Source: Auanema rhodensis
Taxonomy: Eukaryota > Animalia > Nematoda
Length of the DNA: 64,000 bases
NCBI GenBank assembly: GCA_964057225.1
Contig: CAXKVF010000076.1
Coordinates: 434,001 to 498,000 of the forward strand
Direction: 5' to 3'
Shown: positions 25,301-39,600 of the stretch, in pieces
How positions within the stretch are numbered: the first letter of the stretch is position 1
Layout: every line of letters starts with the position of its first letter
The notes under the pieces: generated by a model
The model's input: only the letters and a program-made list of their open reading frames with translations
Databases searched by the model: none
Told to the model about the DNA's origin: nothing
Translations under genes and position numbers: made by a program

Positions 25301-27631
25301 TGGACATGGGAAATCTAATTTTGAAAACCGCATCTCTTTATCTTTCACGTGAAGCGAGTTACATACCAAGTGCACATCACGTGTACATTTAATTAGCATA
25401 AATTAAAGTTCACGTAAATTTCAAAGTCATGGTTACCATGAAGCAATATCAATAAAAATTTGTTTTTAGACTAATATGGACATGAGGAATCTAATTTTGA
25501 AAACCGCATCTCTTCATCTTTCACGTGAAGCGAGTTACATACCAAGTGCACATCAAGTGTACATTTAATTAGCATAAATTAAAGTTCACGTAAATTTCAA
25601 AGTCATGGTTACCATGCACCAATATCAATAAAAATTTGTTTTTAGACTAATATGGACATGGAGAATCTAATTTTGAAAACCGCATCTCTTTATCTTTCAC
25701 GTGAAGCGAGTTACATACCAAGTGCACATCACGTGTACATTTAATTAGCATAAATTAAAGTTCACGTAAATTTCAAAGTCATGGTTACCATGAAGCAATA
25801 TCAATAAAAATTTGTTTTTAGACTAATATGGACATGAGGAATCTAATTTTGAAAACCGCATCTCTTTATCTTTCACGTGAAGCGAGTTACATACCAAGTG
25901 CACATCACGTGTACATTTAATTAGCATAAATTAAAGTTCACGTAAATTTCAAAGTCATGGTTACCATGCACCAATATCAATAAAAATTTGTTTTTAGACT
26001 AATATTGACATAGGGAATCTAATTTTGAAAACCGCATCTCTTTATCTTTCACGTGAAGCGAGTTACATACCAAGTGCACATCACGTGTACATTTAATTAG
26101 CATAAATTAAAGTTCACGTAAATTTCAAAGTCATGGTTACCATGCACCAATATCAATAAAAATTTGTTTTTAGACTAATATGGACATGAGCAATCTAATT
26201 TTGAGAACCGCATCTCTTTATCTTTCACGTGAAGCGAGTTACATACCAAGTGCACATCACGTGTACATTTAATTAGCATAAATTAAAGTTCACGTAAATT
26301 TCAAAGTCATCGTTACCATGCACCAATATCAATAAAAATTTGTTTTTAGACTAATATGGACATGGGGAATCTAATTTTGAAAACCGCATCTCTTTATCTT
26401 TCACGTGAAGCGAGTTACATACCAAGTGCACATCACGTTTACATTTAATTAGCATAAATTAAAGTTCACGTAAATTTCAAAGTCATGGTTACCATGAACC
26501 AATATCAATAAAAATTTATTTTTAGACTAATATGGACATGGGGAATCTAATTTTGAAAACCGCATCTCTTTATCTTTCACGTGAAGCGAGTTACATACCA
26601 AGTGCACATCACGTGTACATTTAATTAGCATAAATTAAAGTTCACGTAAATTTCAAAGTCATGGTTACCATGCACCAATATCGATAAAAATTTGTTTTTA
26701 GACTAATATGGACATGGGGAATCTAATTTTGAAAACCGCATCTCTTTATCTTTCACGTGAAGCGAGTTACATACCAAGTGCACATCACGTGTACATTTAA
26801 TTAGCATAAATTAAAGTTCACGTAAATTTCAAAGTCATGGTTACCATGCACCAATATCAATAAAAATTTGTTTTTAGACTAATATGGACATGGGGAATCT
26901 AATTTTAAAAACCGCATCTCTTCATCTTTCACGTGAAGCGAGTTACATACCAAGTGCACATCAAGTGTACATTTAATTAGCATAAATTAAAGTTCACGTA
27001 AATTTCAAAGTCATGGTTACCATGCACCAATATCAATAAAAATTTGTTTTTAGACTAATATGGACATGGGGAATCTAATTTTGAAAACCGCATCTCTTTA
27101 TCTTTCACGTGAAGCGAGTTACATACCAAGTGCACATCACGTGTACATTTAATTAGCATAAATTAAAGTTCACGTAAATTTCAAAGTCATGGTTACCATG
27201 CACCAATATCAATAAAAATTTGTTTTTAGACTAATATGGACATGGGGAATCTAATTTTGAGAACCGCATCTCTTCATCTTTCACGTGAAGCGAGTTACAT
27301 ACCAAGTGCACATCAAGTGTACATTTAATTAGCATAAATTAAAGTTCACGTAAATTTCAAAGTCATGGTTACCATGCACCAATATCAATAAAAATTTGTT
27401 TTTAGACTAATATGGACATGGGGAATCTAATTTTGAAAACCGCATCTCTTTATCTTTCACGTGAAGCGAGTTACATACCAAGTGCACATCACGTGTACAT
27501 TTAATTAGCATAAATTAAAGTTCACGTAAATTTCAAAGTCATGGTTACCATGCACCAATATCAATAAAAATTTGTTTTTAGACTAATATGGACATGGGGA
27601 ATCTAATTTTGAAAACCGCATCTCTTTATCT
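19360..27631 (+). repeat. Block duplication of ~13 monomers: 19360-21647 copied at 25344-27631 (offset 5984 bp = 34 monomers)
   Basis: ATTGACATAGG 20022/26006, CATCGTT 20327/26311 and TTTATTTTT 20534/26518 match, as do the TATCGAT and GAGAAC variants at the same offset. Confidence 0.88.
22176..26047 (+). repeat. Higher-order repeat: 6-monomer core recurring at 7- then 9-monomer spacing
   Basis: The core [AAGC+T9][AAGC+GGGAAA][AAGC+GAGG+CTTCATC][CAAGTG+GGAGA][AAGC+GAGG][TTGACATAGG] starts at 22176, 23408 and 24992. Confidence 0.88.
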
Positions 27632-30600
27632 TTCACGTGAAGCGAGTTACATACCAAGTGCACATCACGTGTACATTTAATTAGCATAAATTAAAGTTCA
27701 CGTAAATTTCAAAGTCATGGTTACCATGAAGCAATATCAATAAAAATTTTTTTTAGACTAATATGGACATGGGGAATCTAATTTTGAAAACCGCATCTCT
27801 TTATCTTTCACGTGAAGCGAGTTACATACCAAGTGCACATCACGTGTACATTTAATTAGCATAAATTAAAGTTCACGTAAATTTCAAAGTCATGGTTACC
27901 ATGAAGCAATATCAATAAAAATTTGTTTTTAGACTAATATGGACATGGGAAATCTAATTTTGAAAACCGCATCTCTTTATCTTTCACGTGAAGCGAGTTA
28001 CATACCAAGTGCACATCACGTGTACATTTAATTAGCATAAATTAAAGTTCACGTAAATTTCAAAGTCATGGTTACCATGAACCAATATCAATAAAAATTT
28101 GTTTTTAGACTAATATGGACATGAGGAATCTAATTTTGAAAACCGCATCTCTTTATCTTTCACGTGAAGCGAGTTACATACCAAGTGCACTTCACGTGTA
28201 CATTTAATTAGCATAAATTAAAGTTCACGTAAATTTCAAAGTCGTGGTTACCATGCACCAATATCAATAAAAATTCGTTTTTAGACTAATATGGACATGG
28301 GGAATCTAATTTTGAAAACCGCATCTCTTTATCTTTCACGTGAAGCGAGTTACATATCAAGTGCACATCACGTGTACATTTAATTAGCATAAATTAAAGT
28401 TCACGTAAATTTCAAAGTCATGGTTACCATGCACCAATATCAATAAAAATTTGTTTTTAGACTAATATGGACATGGGGAATCTAATTTTGAAAACCGCAT
28501 CTCTTTATCTTTCACGTGAAGCGAGTTACATACCAAGTGCACATCACGTGTACATTTAATTAGCATAAATTAAAGTTCACGTAAATTTCAAAGTCGTGGT
28601 TACCATGCACCAATATCAATAAAAATTCGTTTTTAGACTAATATGGACATGGGGAATCTAACTTTGAAAACCGCATCTCTTTATCTTTCACGTGAAGCGA
28701 GTTACATACCAAGTGCACATCACGTGTACATTTAATTAGCATAAATTAAAGTTCACGTAAATTTCAAAGTTATGGTTACCATGCACCAATATCATTAAAA
28801 ATTTGTTTTTAGACTAATATGGACATGAGGAATCTAATTTTGAAAACCACATCTCTTTATCTTTCACGTGAAGCGAGTTACATACCAAGTGCACATCACG
28901 TGTACATTTAATTAGCATAAATTAAAGTTCACGTAAATTTCAAAGTCATGGTTACCATGCACCAATATCAATAAAAATTTGTTTTTAGACTAATATGGAC
29001 ATGGGGAATCTAATTTTGAAAACCGCATCTCTTTATATTTCACGTGAAGCGAGTTACATACCAAGTGCACATCACGTGTACATTTAATTAGCATAAATTA
29101 AAGTTCACGTAAATTTCAAAGTCATGGTTACCATGCACCAATATCAATAAAAATTTGTTTTTAGACTAATATGGACATGGGGAATCTAATTTTGAAAACC
29201 GCATCTCTTTATCTTTCACGTGAAGCGAGTTACATACCAAGTGCACATCACGTTTACATTTAATTAGCATAAATTAAAGTTCACGTAAATTTCAAAGTCA
29301 TGGTTACCATGAACCAATATCAATAAAAATTTGTTTTTAGACTAATATGGACATGGGGAATCTAATTTTGAAAACCGCATCTCTTTATCTTTCACGTGAA
29401 GCGAGTTACATACCAAGTGCACATCACGTGTACATTTAATTAGCATAAATTAAAGTTCACGTAAATTTCAAAGTCATGGTTACCATGCACCAATATCAAT
29501 AAAAATTTGTTTTTAGACTAATATGGACATGGGGAATCTAATTTTGAAAACCGCATCTCTTTATCTTTCACGTGAAGCGAGTTACATACCAAGTGCACAT
29601 CACGTGTACATTTAATTAGCATAAATTAAAGTTCACGTAAATTTCAAAGTCATGGTTACCATGCACCAATATCAATAAAAATTTGTTTTTAGACTAATAT
29701 GGACATGGGGAATCTAATTTTGAGAACCGCATCTCTTCATCTTTCACGTGAAGCGAGTTACATACCAAGTGCACATCAAGTGTACATTTAATTAGCATAA
29801 ATTAAAGTTCACGTAAATTTCAAAGTCATGGTTACCATGCACCAATATCAATAAAAATTTGTTTTTAGACTAATATGGACATGGGGAATCTAATTTTGAA
29901 AACCGCATCTCTTTATCTTTCACGTCAAGCGAGTTACATACCAAGTGCACATCACGTGTACATTTAATTAGCATAAATTAAAGTTCACGTAAATTTCAAA
30001 GTCATGGTTACCATGCACCAATATCAATAAAAATTTGTTTTTAGACTAATATGGACATGGGGAATCTAATTTTGAAAACCGCATCTCTTTATCTTTCACG
30101 TGAAGCGAGTTACATACCAAGTGCACATCACGTGTACATTTAATTAGCATAAATTAAAGTTCACGTAAATTTCAAAGTCATGGTTACCATGAAGCAATAT
30201 CAATAAAAATTTGTTTTTAGACTAATATGGACATGGGGAATCTAATTTTGAAAACCGCATCTCTTTATCTTTTACGTGAAGCGAGTTACATACCAAGTGC
30301 ACATCAAGTGTACATTTAATTAGCATAAATTAAAGTTCACGTAAATTTCAAAGTCATGGTTACCATGCACCAATATCAATAAAAATTTTTTTTTAGACTA
30401 ATATGGACATGGGGAATCTAATTTTAAAACCGCATCTCTTTATCTTTCACGTGAAGCGAGTTACATACCAAGTGCACATCACGTGTACATTTAATTAGCA
30501 TAAATTAAAGTTCACGTAAATTTCAAAGTCATGGTTACCATGAAGCAATATCAATAAAAATTTGTTTTTAGACTAATATGGACATGGGGAATCTAATTTT

Positions 30601-33600
30601 GAAAACCGCATCTCTTTATCTTTCACGTGAAGCGAGTTACATACCAAGTGCACATCACGTGTACATTTAATTAGCATAAATTAAAGTTCACGTAAATTTC
30701 AAAGTCGTGGTTACCATGCACCAATATCAATAAAAATTCGTTTTTAGACTAATATGGACATGGGGAATCTAACTTTGAAAACCGCATCTCTTTATCTTTC
30801 ACGTGAAGCGAGTTACATACCAAGTGCACATCACGTGTACATTTAATTAGCATAAATTAAAGTTCACGTAAATTTCAAAGTTATGGTTACCATGCACCAA
30901 TATCAATAAAAATTTGTTTTTAGACTAATATGGACATGAGGAATCTAATTTTGAAAACCACATCTCTTTATCTTTCACGTGAAGCGAGTTACATACCAAG
31001 TGCACATCACGTGTACATTTAATTAGCATAAATTAAAGTTCACGTAAATTTCAAAGTCATGGTTACCATGCACCAATATCAATAAAAATTTGTTTTTAGA
31101 CTAATATGGACATGAGCAATCTAATTTTGAGAACCGCATCTCTTTATCTTTCACGTGAAGCGAGTTACATACCAAGTGCACATCACGTGTACATTTAATT
31201 AGCATAAATTAAAGTTCACGTAAATTTCAAAGTCATGGTTACCATGCACCAATATCAATAAAAATTTGTTTTTAGACTAATATGGACATGGGGAATCTAA
31301 TTTTGAAAACCGCATCACTTTATCTTTCACGTGAAGCGAGTTACATACCAAGTGCACATCACGTGTACATTTAATTAGCATAAATTAAAGTTCACGTAAA
31401 TTTCAAAGTCATGGTTACCATGCACCAATATCAATAAAAATTTGTTTTTAGACTAATATGGACATGGGGAATCTAATTTTGAGAACCGCATCTCTTTATC
31501 TTTCACGTGAAGCGAGTTACATACCAAGTGCACATCACGTGTACATTTAATTAGCATAAATTAAAGTTCACGTAAATTTCAAAGTCATGGTTACCATGAA
31601 CCAATATCAATAAAAATCTGTTTTTAGACTAATATGGACATGGGGAATCTAATTTTGAAAACCGCATCTCTTTATCTTTCACGTGAAGCGAGTTACATAC
31701 CAAGTGCACATCACGTGTACATTTAATTAGCATAAATTAAAGTTCACGTAAATTTCAAAGTCATGGTTACCATGCACCAATATCAATAAAAATTTGTTTT
31801 TAGACTAATATGGACATGGGGAATCTAATTTTGAGAACCGCATCTCTTCATCTTTCACGTGAAGCGAGTTACATACCAAGTGCACATCAAGTGTACATTT
31901 AATTAGCATAAATTAAAGTTCACGTAAATTTCAAAGTCATGGTTACCATGCACCAATATCAATAAAAATTTGTTTTTAGACTAATATGGACATGGGGAAT
32001 CTAATTTTGAGAACCGCATCTCTTCATCTTTCACGTGAAGCGAGTTACATACCAAGTGCACATCAAGTGTACATTTAATTAGCATAAATTAAAGTTCACG
32101 TAAATTTCAAAGTCATGGTTACCATGCACCAATATCAATAAAAATTTGTTTTTAGACTAATATGGACATGGGGAATCTAATTTTGAAAACCGCATCTCTT
32201 TATCTTTCACGTGAAGCGAGTTACATACCAAGTGCACATCACGTGTACATTTAATTAGCATAAATTAAAGTTCACGTAAATTTCAAAGTCATGGTTACCA
32301 TGAACCAATATCAATAACAATTTGTTTTTAGACTAATATGGACATGGGGAATCTAATTTTGAAAACCGCATCTCTTTATCTTTCACGTGAAGCGAGTTAC
32401 ATACCAAGTGCACATCACGTGTACATTTAATTAGCATAAATTAAAGTTCACGTAAATTTCAAAGTCGTGGTTACCATGCACCAATATCAATAAAAATTCG
32501 TTTTTAGACTAATATGGACATGGGGAATCTAACTTTGAAAACCGCATCTCTTTATCTTTCACGTGAAGCGAGTTACATACCAAGTGCACATCACGTGTAC
32601 ATTTAATTAGCATAAATTAAAGTTCACGTAAATTTCAAAGTTATGGTTACCATGCACCAATATCATTAAAAATTTGTTTTTAGACTAATATGGACATGAG
32701 GAATCTAATTTTGAAAACCACATCTCTTTATCTTTCACGTGAAGCGAGTTACATACCAAGTGCACATCACGTGTACATTTAATTAGCATAAATTAAAGTT
32801 CACGTAAATTTCAAAGTCATGGTTACCATGCACCAATATCAATAAAAATTTGTTTTTAGACTAATATGGACATGAGCAATCTAATTTTGAGAACCGCATC
32901 TCTTTATCTTTCACGTGAAGCGAGTTACATACCAAGTGCACATCACGTGTACATTTAATTAGCATAAATTAAAGTTCACGTAAATTTCAAAGTCATGGTT
33001 ACCATGCACCAATATTAATAAAAATTTGTTTTTAGACTAATATGGACATGGGGAATCTAATTTTGAAAACCGCATCTCTTTCTCTTTCACGTGAAGCGAG
33101 TTACATACCAAGTGCACATCAAGTGTACATTTAATTAGCATAAATTAAAGTTCACGTAAATTTCAAAGTCATGGTTACCATGAAGCAATATCAATAAAAA
33201 TTTGTTTTTAGACTAATATGGACATGGGGAATCTAATTTTGAAAACCGCATCTCTTTATCTTTCACGTGAAGCGAGTTACATACCAAGTGCACATCACGT
33301 GTACATTTAATTAGCATAAATTAAAGTTCACGTAAATTTCAAAGTCATGGTTACCATGCACCAATATTAATAAAAATTTGTTTTTAGACTAATATGGACA
33401 TGGGGAATCTAATTTTGAAAACCGCATCTCTTTCTCTTTCACGTGAAGCGAGTTACATACCAAGTGCACATCAAGTGTACATTTAATTAGCATAAATTAA
33501 AGTTCACGTAAATTTCAAAGTCATGGTTACCATGAAGCAATATCAATAAAAATTTGTTTTTAGACTAATATGGACATGGGGAATCTAATTTTGAAAACCG

Positions 33601-36600
33601 CATCTCTTTATCTTTCACGTGAAGCGAGTTACATACCAAGTGCACATCACGTGTACATTTAATTAGCATAAATTAAAGTTCACGTAAATTTCAAAGTCAT
33701 GGTTACCATGAACCAATATCAATAAAAATTTGTTTTTAGACTAATATGGACATGAGGAATCTAATTTTGAAAACCGCATCTCTTTATCTTTCACGTGAAG
33801 CGAGTTACATACCAAGTGCACTTCACGTGTACATTTAATTAGCATAAATTAAAGTTCACGTAAATTTCAAAGTCGTGGTTACCATGCACCAATATCAGTA
33901 AAAATTTGTTTTTAGACTAATATGGACATGGGGAATCTAATTTTGAAAACCGCATCTCTTTATCTTTCACGTGAAGCGAGTTACATACCAAGTGCACATC
34001 ACGTGTACATTTAATTAGCATAAATTAAAGTTCACGTAAATTTCAAAGTCGTGGTTACCATGCACCAATATCAATAAAAATTCGTTTTTAGACTAATATG
34101 GACATGGGGAATCTAACTTTGAAAACCGCATCTCTTTATCTTTCACGTGAAGCGAGTTACATACCAAGTGCACATCACGTGTACATTTAATTAGCATAAA
34201 TTAAAGTTCACGTAAATTTCAAAGTCATGGTTACCATGCACCAATATCAATAAAAATTTGTTTTTAGACTAATATGGACATGGGGAATCTAATTTTGAAA
34301 ACCGCATCTCTTTATCTTTCACGTGAAGCGAGTTACATACCAAGTGCACATCACGTGTACATTTAATTAGCATAAATTAAAGTTCACGTAAATTTCAAAG
34401 TCATGGTTACCATGCACCAATATCAATAAAAATTTGTTTTTAGACTAATATGGACATGAGGAATCTAATTTTGAAAACCGCATCTCTTTATCTTTCACGT
34501 GAAGCGAGTTACATACCAAGTGCACATCACGTGTACATTTAATTAGCATAAATTAAAGTTCACGTAAATTTCAAAGTCATGGTTACCATGCACCAATATC
34601 AATAAAAATTTGTTTTTAGACTAATATGGACATGGGGAATCAAATTTTGAAAACCGCATCTCTTTATCTTTCACGTGAAGCGAGTTACATACCAAGTGCA
34701 CATCACGTGTACATTTAATTAGCATAAATTAAAGTTCACGTAAATTTCAAAGTCATGGTTACCATGAACCAATATCAATAAAAATTTGTTTTTTGACTAA
34801 TATGGACATGGGGAATCTAATTTTGAAAACCGCATCTCTTTATCTTTCACGTGAAGCGAGTTACATACCAAGTGCACATCACGTGTACATTTAATTAGCA
34901 TAAATTAAAGTTCACGTAAATTTCAAAGTCATGGTTACCATGCACCAATATCAATAAAAATTTGTTTTTAGACTAATATGGACATGAGGAATCTAATTTT
35001 GAAAACCGCATCTCTTTATCTTTCACGTGAAGCGAGTTACATACCAAGTGCACATCACGTGTACATTTAATTAGCATAAATTAAAGTTCACGTAAATTTC
35101 AAAGTCATGGTTACCATGCACCAATATCAATAAAAATTTGTTTTTAGACTAATATGGACATGAGGAATCTAATTTTGAAAACCGCATCTCTTTATCTTTC
35201 ACGTGAAGCGAGTTACATACCAAGTGCACATCACGTGTACATTTAATTAGCATAAATTAAAGTTCACGTAAATTTCAAAGTCATGGTTACCATGCACCAA
35301 TATCAATAAAAATTTGTTTTTAGACTAATACGGACATGAGGAATCTAATTTTGAAAACCGCATCTCTTTATCTTTCACGTGAAGCGAGTTACATACCAAG
35401 TGCACATCACGTGTACATTTAATTAGCATAAATTAAAGTTCACGTAAATTTCAAAGTCATGGTTACCATGCACCAATATCAATAAAAATTTGTTTTTAGA
35501 CTAATATGGACATGAGGAATCTAATTTTGAAAACCGCATCTCTTTATCTTTCACGTGAAGCGAGTTACATACCAAGTGCACATCACGTGTACATTTAATT
35601 AGCATAAATTAAAGTTCACGTAAATTTCAAAGTCGTGGTTACCATGCACCAATATCAATAAAAATTCGTTTTTAGACTAATATGGACATGGGGAATCTAA
35701 CTTTGAAAACCGCATCTCTTTATCTTTCACGTGAAGCGAGTTACATACCAAGTGCACATCACGTTTACATTTAATTAGCATAAATTAAAGTTCACGTAAA
35801 TTTCAAAGTCATGGTTACCATGCACCAATATCAATAAAAATTTGTTTTTAGACTAATATGGACATGAGGAATCTAATTTTGAAAACCGCATCTCTTTATC
35901 TTTCACGTGAAGCGAGTTACATACCAAGTGCACATCACGTGTACATTTAATTAGCATAAATTAAAGTTCACGTAAATTTCAAAGTCATGGTTACCATGCA
36001 CCAATATCAATAAAAATTTGTTTTTAGACTAATATGGACATGGGGAATCAAATTTTGAAAACCGCATCTCTTTATCTTTCACGTGAAGCGAGTTACATAC
36101 CAAGTGCACATCACGTGTACATTTAATTAGCATAAATTGAAGTTCACGTAAATTTCAAAGTCATGGTTACCATGCACCAATATCAATAAAAATTTGTTTT
36201 TAGACTAATATGGACATGGGGAATCTAATTTTGAAAACCGCATCTCTTTATCTTTCACGTGAAGCGAGTTACATACCAAGTGCACATCACGTGTACATTT
36301 AATTAGCATAAATTAAAGTTCACGTAAATTTCAAAGTCATGGTTACCATGCACCAATATCAATAAAAATTTGTTTTTAGACTAATATGGACATGGGGAAT
36401 CAAATTTTGAAAACCGCATCTCTTTATCTTTCACGTGAAGCGAGTTACATACCAAGTGCACATCACGTGTACATTTAATTAGCATAAATTAAAGTTCACG
36501 TAAATTTCAAAGTCATGGTTACCATGCACCAATATCAGTAAAAATTTGTTTTTAGACTAATATGGACATGAGGAATCTAATTTTGAAAACCGCATCTCTT

Positions 36601-39600
36601 TATCTTTCACGTGAAGCGAGTTACATACCAAGTGCACATCACGTGTACATTTAATTAGCATAAATTGAAGTTCACGTAAATTTCAAAGTCATGGTTACCA
36701 TGCACCAATATCAATAAAAATTTGTTTTTAGACTAATATGGACATGAGCAATCTAATTTTGAGAACCGCATCTCTTTATCTTTCACGTGAAGCGAGTTAC
36801 ATACCAAGTGCACATCACGTGTACATTTAATTAGCATAAATTAAAGTTCACGTAAATTTCAAAGTCATGGTTACCATGAACCAATATCAATAAAAATTTG
36901 TTTTTAGACTAATATGGACATGAGGAATCTAATTTTGAAAACCGCATCTCTTTATCTTTCACGTGAAGCGAGTTACATACCAAGTGCACATCACGTGTAC
37001 ATTTAATTAGCATAAATTAAAGTTCACGTAAATTTCAAAGTCATGGTTACCATGCACCAATATCAATAAAAATTTGTTTTTAGACTAATATGGACATGGG
37101 GAATCAAATTTTGAAAACCGCATCTCTTTATCTTTCACGTGAAGCGAGTTACATACCAAGTGCACATCACGTGTACATTTAATTAGCATAAATTAAAGTT
37201 CACGTAAATTTCAAAGTCATGGTTACCATGAACCAATATCAATAAAAATTTGTTTTTTGACTAATATGGACATGGGGAATCTAATTTTGAAAACCGCATC
37301 TCTTTATCTTTCACGTGAAGCGAGTTACATACCAAGTGCACATCACGTGTACATTTAATTAGCATAAATTAAAGTTCACGTAAATTTCAAAGTCATGGTT
37401 ACCATGAACCAATATCAATAAAAATTTGTTTTTAGACTAATATGGACATGAGGAATCTAATTTTGAAAACCGCATCTCTTTATCTTTCACGTGAAGCGAG
37501 TTACATACCAAGTGCACATCACGTGTACATTTAATTAGCATAAATTAAAGTTCACATAAATTTCAAAGTCATGGTTACCATGCACCAATATCAATAAAAA
37601 TTTGTTTTTAGACTAATATGGACATGGGGAATCAAATTTTGAAAACCGCATCTCTTTATCTTTCACGTGAAGCGAGTTACATACCAAGTGCACATCACGT
37701 GTACATTTAATTAGCATAAATTAAAGTTCACGTAAATTTCAAAGTCATGGTTACCATGAACCAATATCAATAAAAATTTGTTTTTTGACTAATATGGACA
37801 TGGGGAATCTAATTTTGAAAACCGCATCTCTTTATCTTTCACGTGAAGCGAGTTACATACCAAGTGCACATCACGTGTACATTTAATTAGCATAAATTAA
37901 AGTTCACGTAAATTTCAAAGTCATGGTTACCATGCACCAATATCAATAAAAATTTGTTTTTAGACTAATATGGACATGAGGAATCTAATTTTGAAAACCG
38001 CATCTCTTTATCTTTCACGTGAAGCGAGTTACATACCAAGTGCACATCACGTGTACATTTAATTAGCATAAATTAAAGTTCACGTAAATTTCAAAGTCAT
38101 GGTTACCATGCACCAATATCAATAAAAATTTGTTTTTAGACTAATATGGACATGAGGAATCTAATTTTGAAAACCGCATCTCTTTATCTTTCACGTGAAG
38201 CGAGTTACATACCAAGTGCACATCACGTGTACATTTAATTAGCATAAATTAAAGTTCACGTAAATTTCAAAGTCATGGTTACCATGCACCAATATCAATA
38301 AAAATTTGTTTTTAGACTAATATGGACATGAGGAATCTAATTTTGAAAACCGCATCTCTTTATCTTTCACGTGAAGCGAGTTACATACCAAGTGCACATC
38401 ACGTGTACATTTAATTAGCATAAATTAAAGTTCACGTAAATTTCAAAGTCATGGTTACCATGCACCAATATCAATAAAAATTTGTTTTTAGACTAATATG
38501 GACATGAGGAATCTAATTTTGAAAACCGCATCTCTTTATCTTTCACGTGAAGCGAGTTACATACCAAGTGCACATCACGTGTACATTTAATTAGCATAAA
38601 TTAAAGTTCACGTAAATTTCAAAGTCGTGGTTACCATGCACCAATATCAATAAAAATTCGTTTTTAGACTAATATGGACATGGGGAATCTAACTTTGAAA
38701 ACCGCATCTCTTTATCTTTCACGTGAAGCGAGTTACATACCAAGTGCACATCACGTGTACATTTAATTAGCATAAATTAAAGTTCACGTAAATTTCAAAG
38801 TCATGGTTACCATGCACCAATATCAATGAAAATTTGTTTTTAGACTAATATGGACATGAGGAATCTAATTTTGAAAACCGCATCTCTTTATCTTTCACGT
38901 GAAGCGAGTTACATACCAAGTGCACATCACGTGTACATTTAATTAGCATAAATTAAAGTTCACGTAAATTTCAAAGTCATGGTTACCATGCACCAATATC
39001 AATAAAAATTTGTTTTTAGACTAATATGGACATGGGGAATCAAATTTTGAAAACCGCATCTCTTTATCTTTCACGTGAAGCGAGTTACATACCAAGTGCA
39101 CATCACGTGTACATTTAATTAGCATAAATTAAAGTTCACGTAAATTTCAAAGTCATGGTTACCATGCACCAATATCAATAAAAATTTGTTTTTAGACTAA
39201 TATGGACATGGGGAATCTAATTTTGAAAACCGCATCTCTTTATCTTTCACGTGAAGCGAGTTACATACCAAGTGCACATCACGTGTACATTTAATTAGCA
39301 TAAATTAAAGTTCACGTAAATTTCAAAGTCATGGTTACCATGCACCAATATCAATAAAAATTTGTTTTTAGACTAATATGGACATGGGGAATCTAATTTT
39401 GAAAACCGCATCTCTTTATCTTTCACGTGAAGCGAGTTACATACCAAGTGCACATCACGTGTACATTTAATTAGCATAAATTAAAGTTCACGTAAATTTC
39501 AAAGTCGTGGTTACCATGCACCAATATCAATAAAAATTTGTTTTTAGACTAATATGGACATGGGGAATCTAACTTTGAAAACCGCATCTCTTTATCTTTC

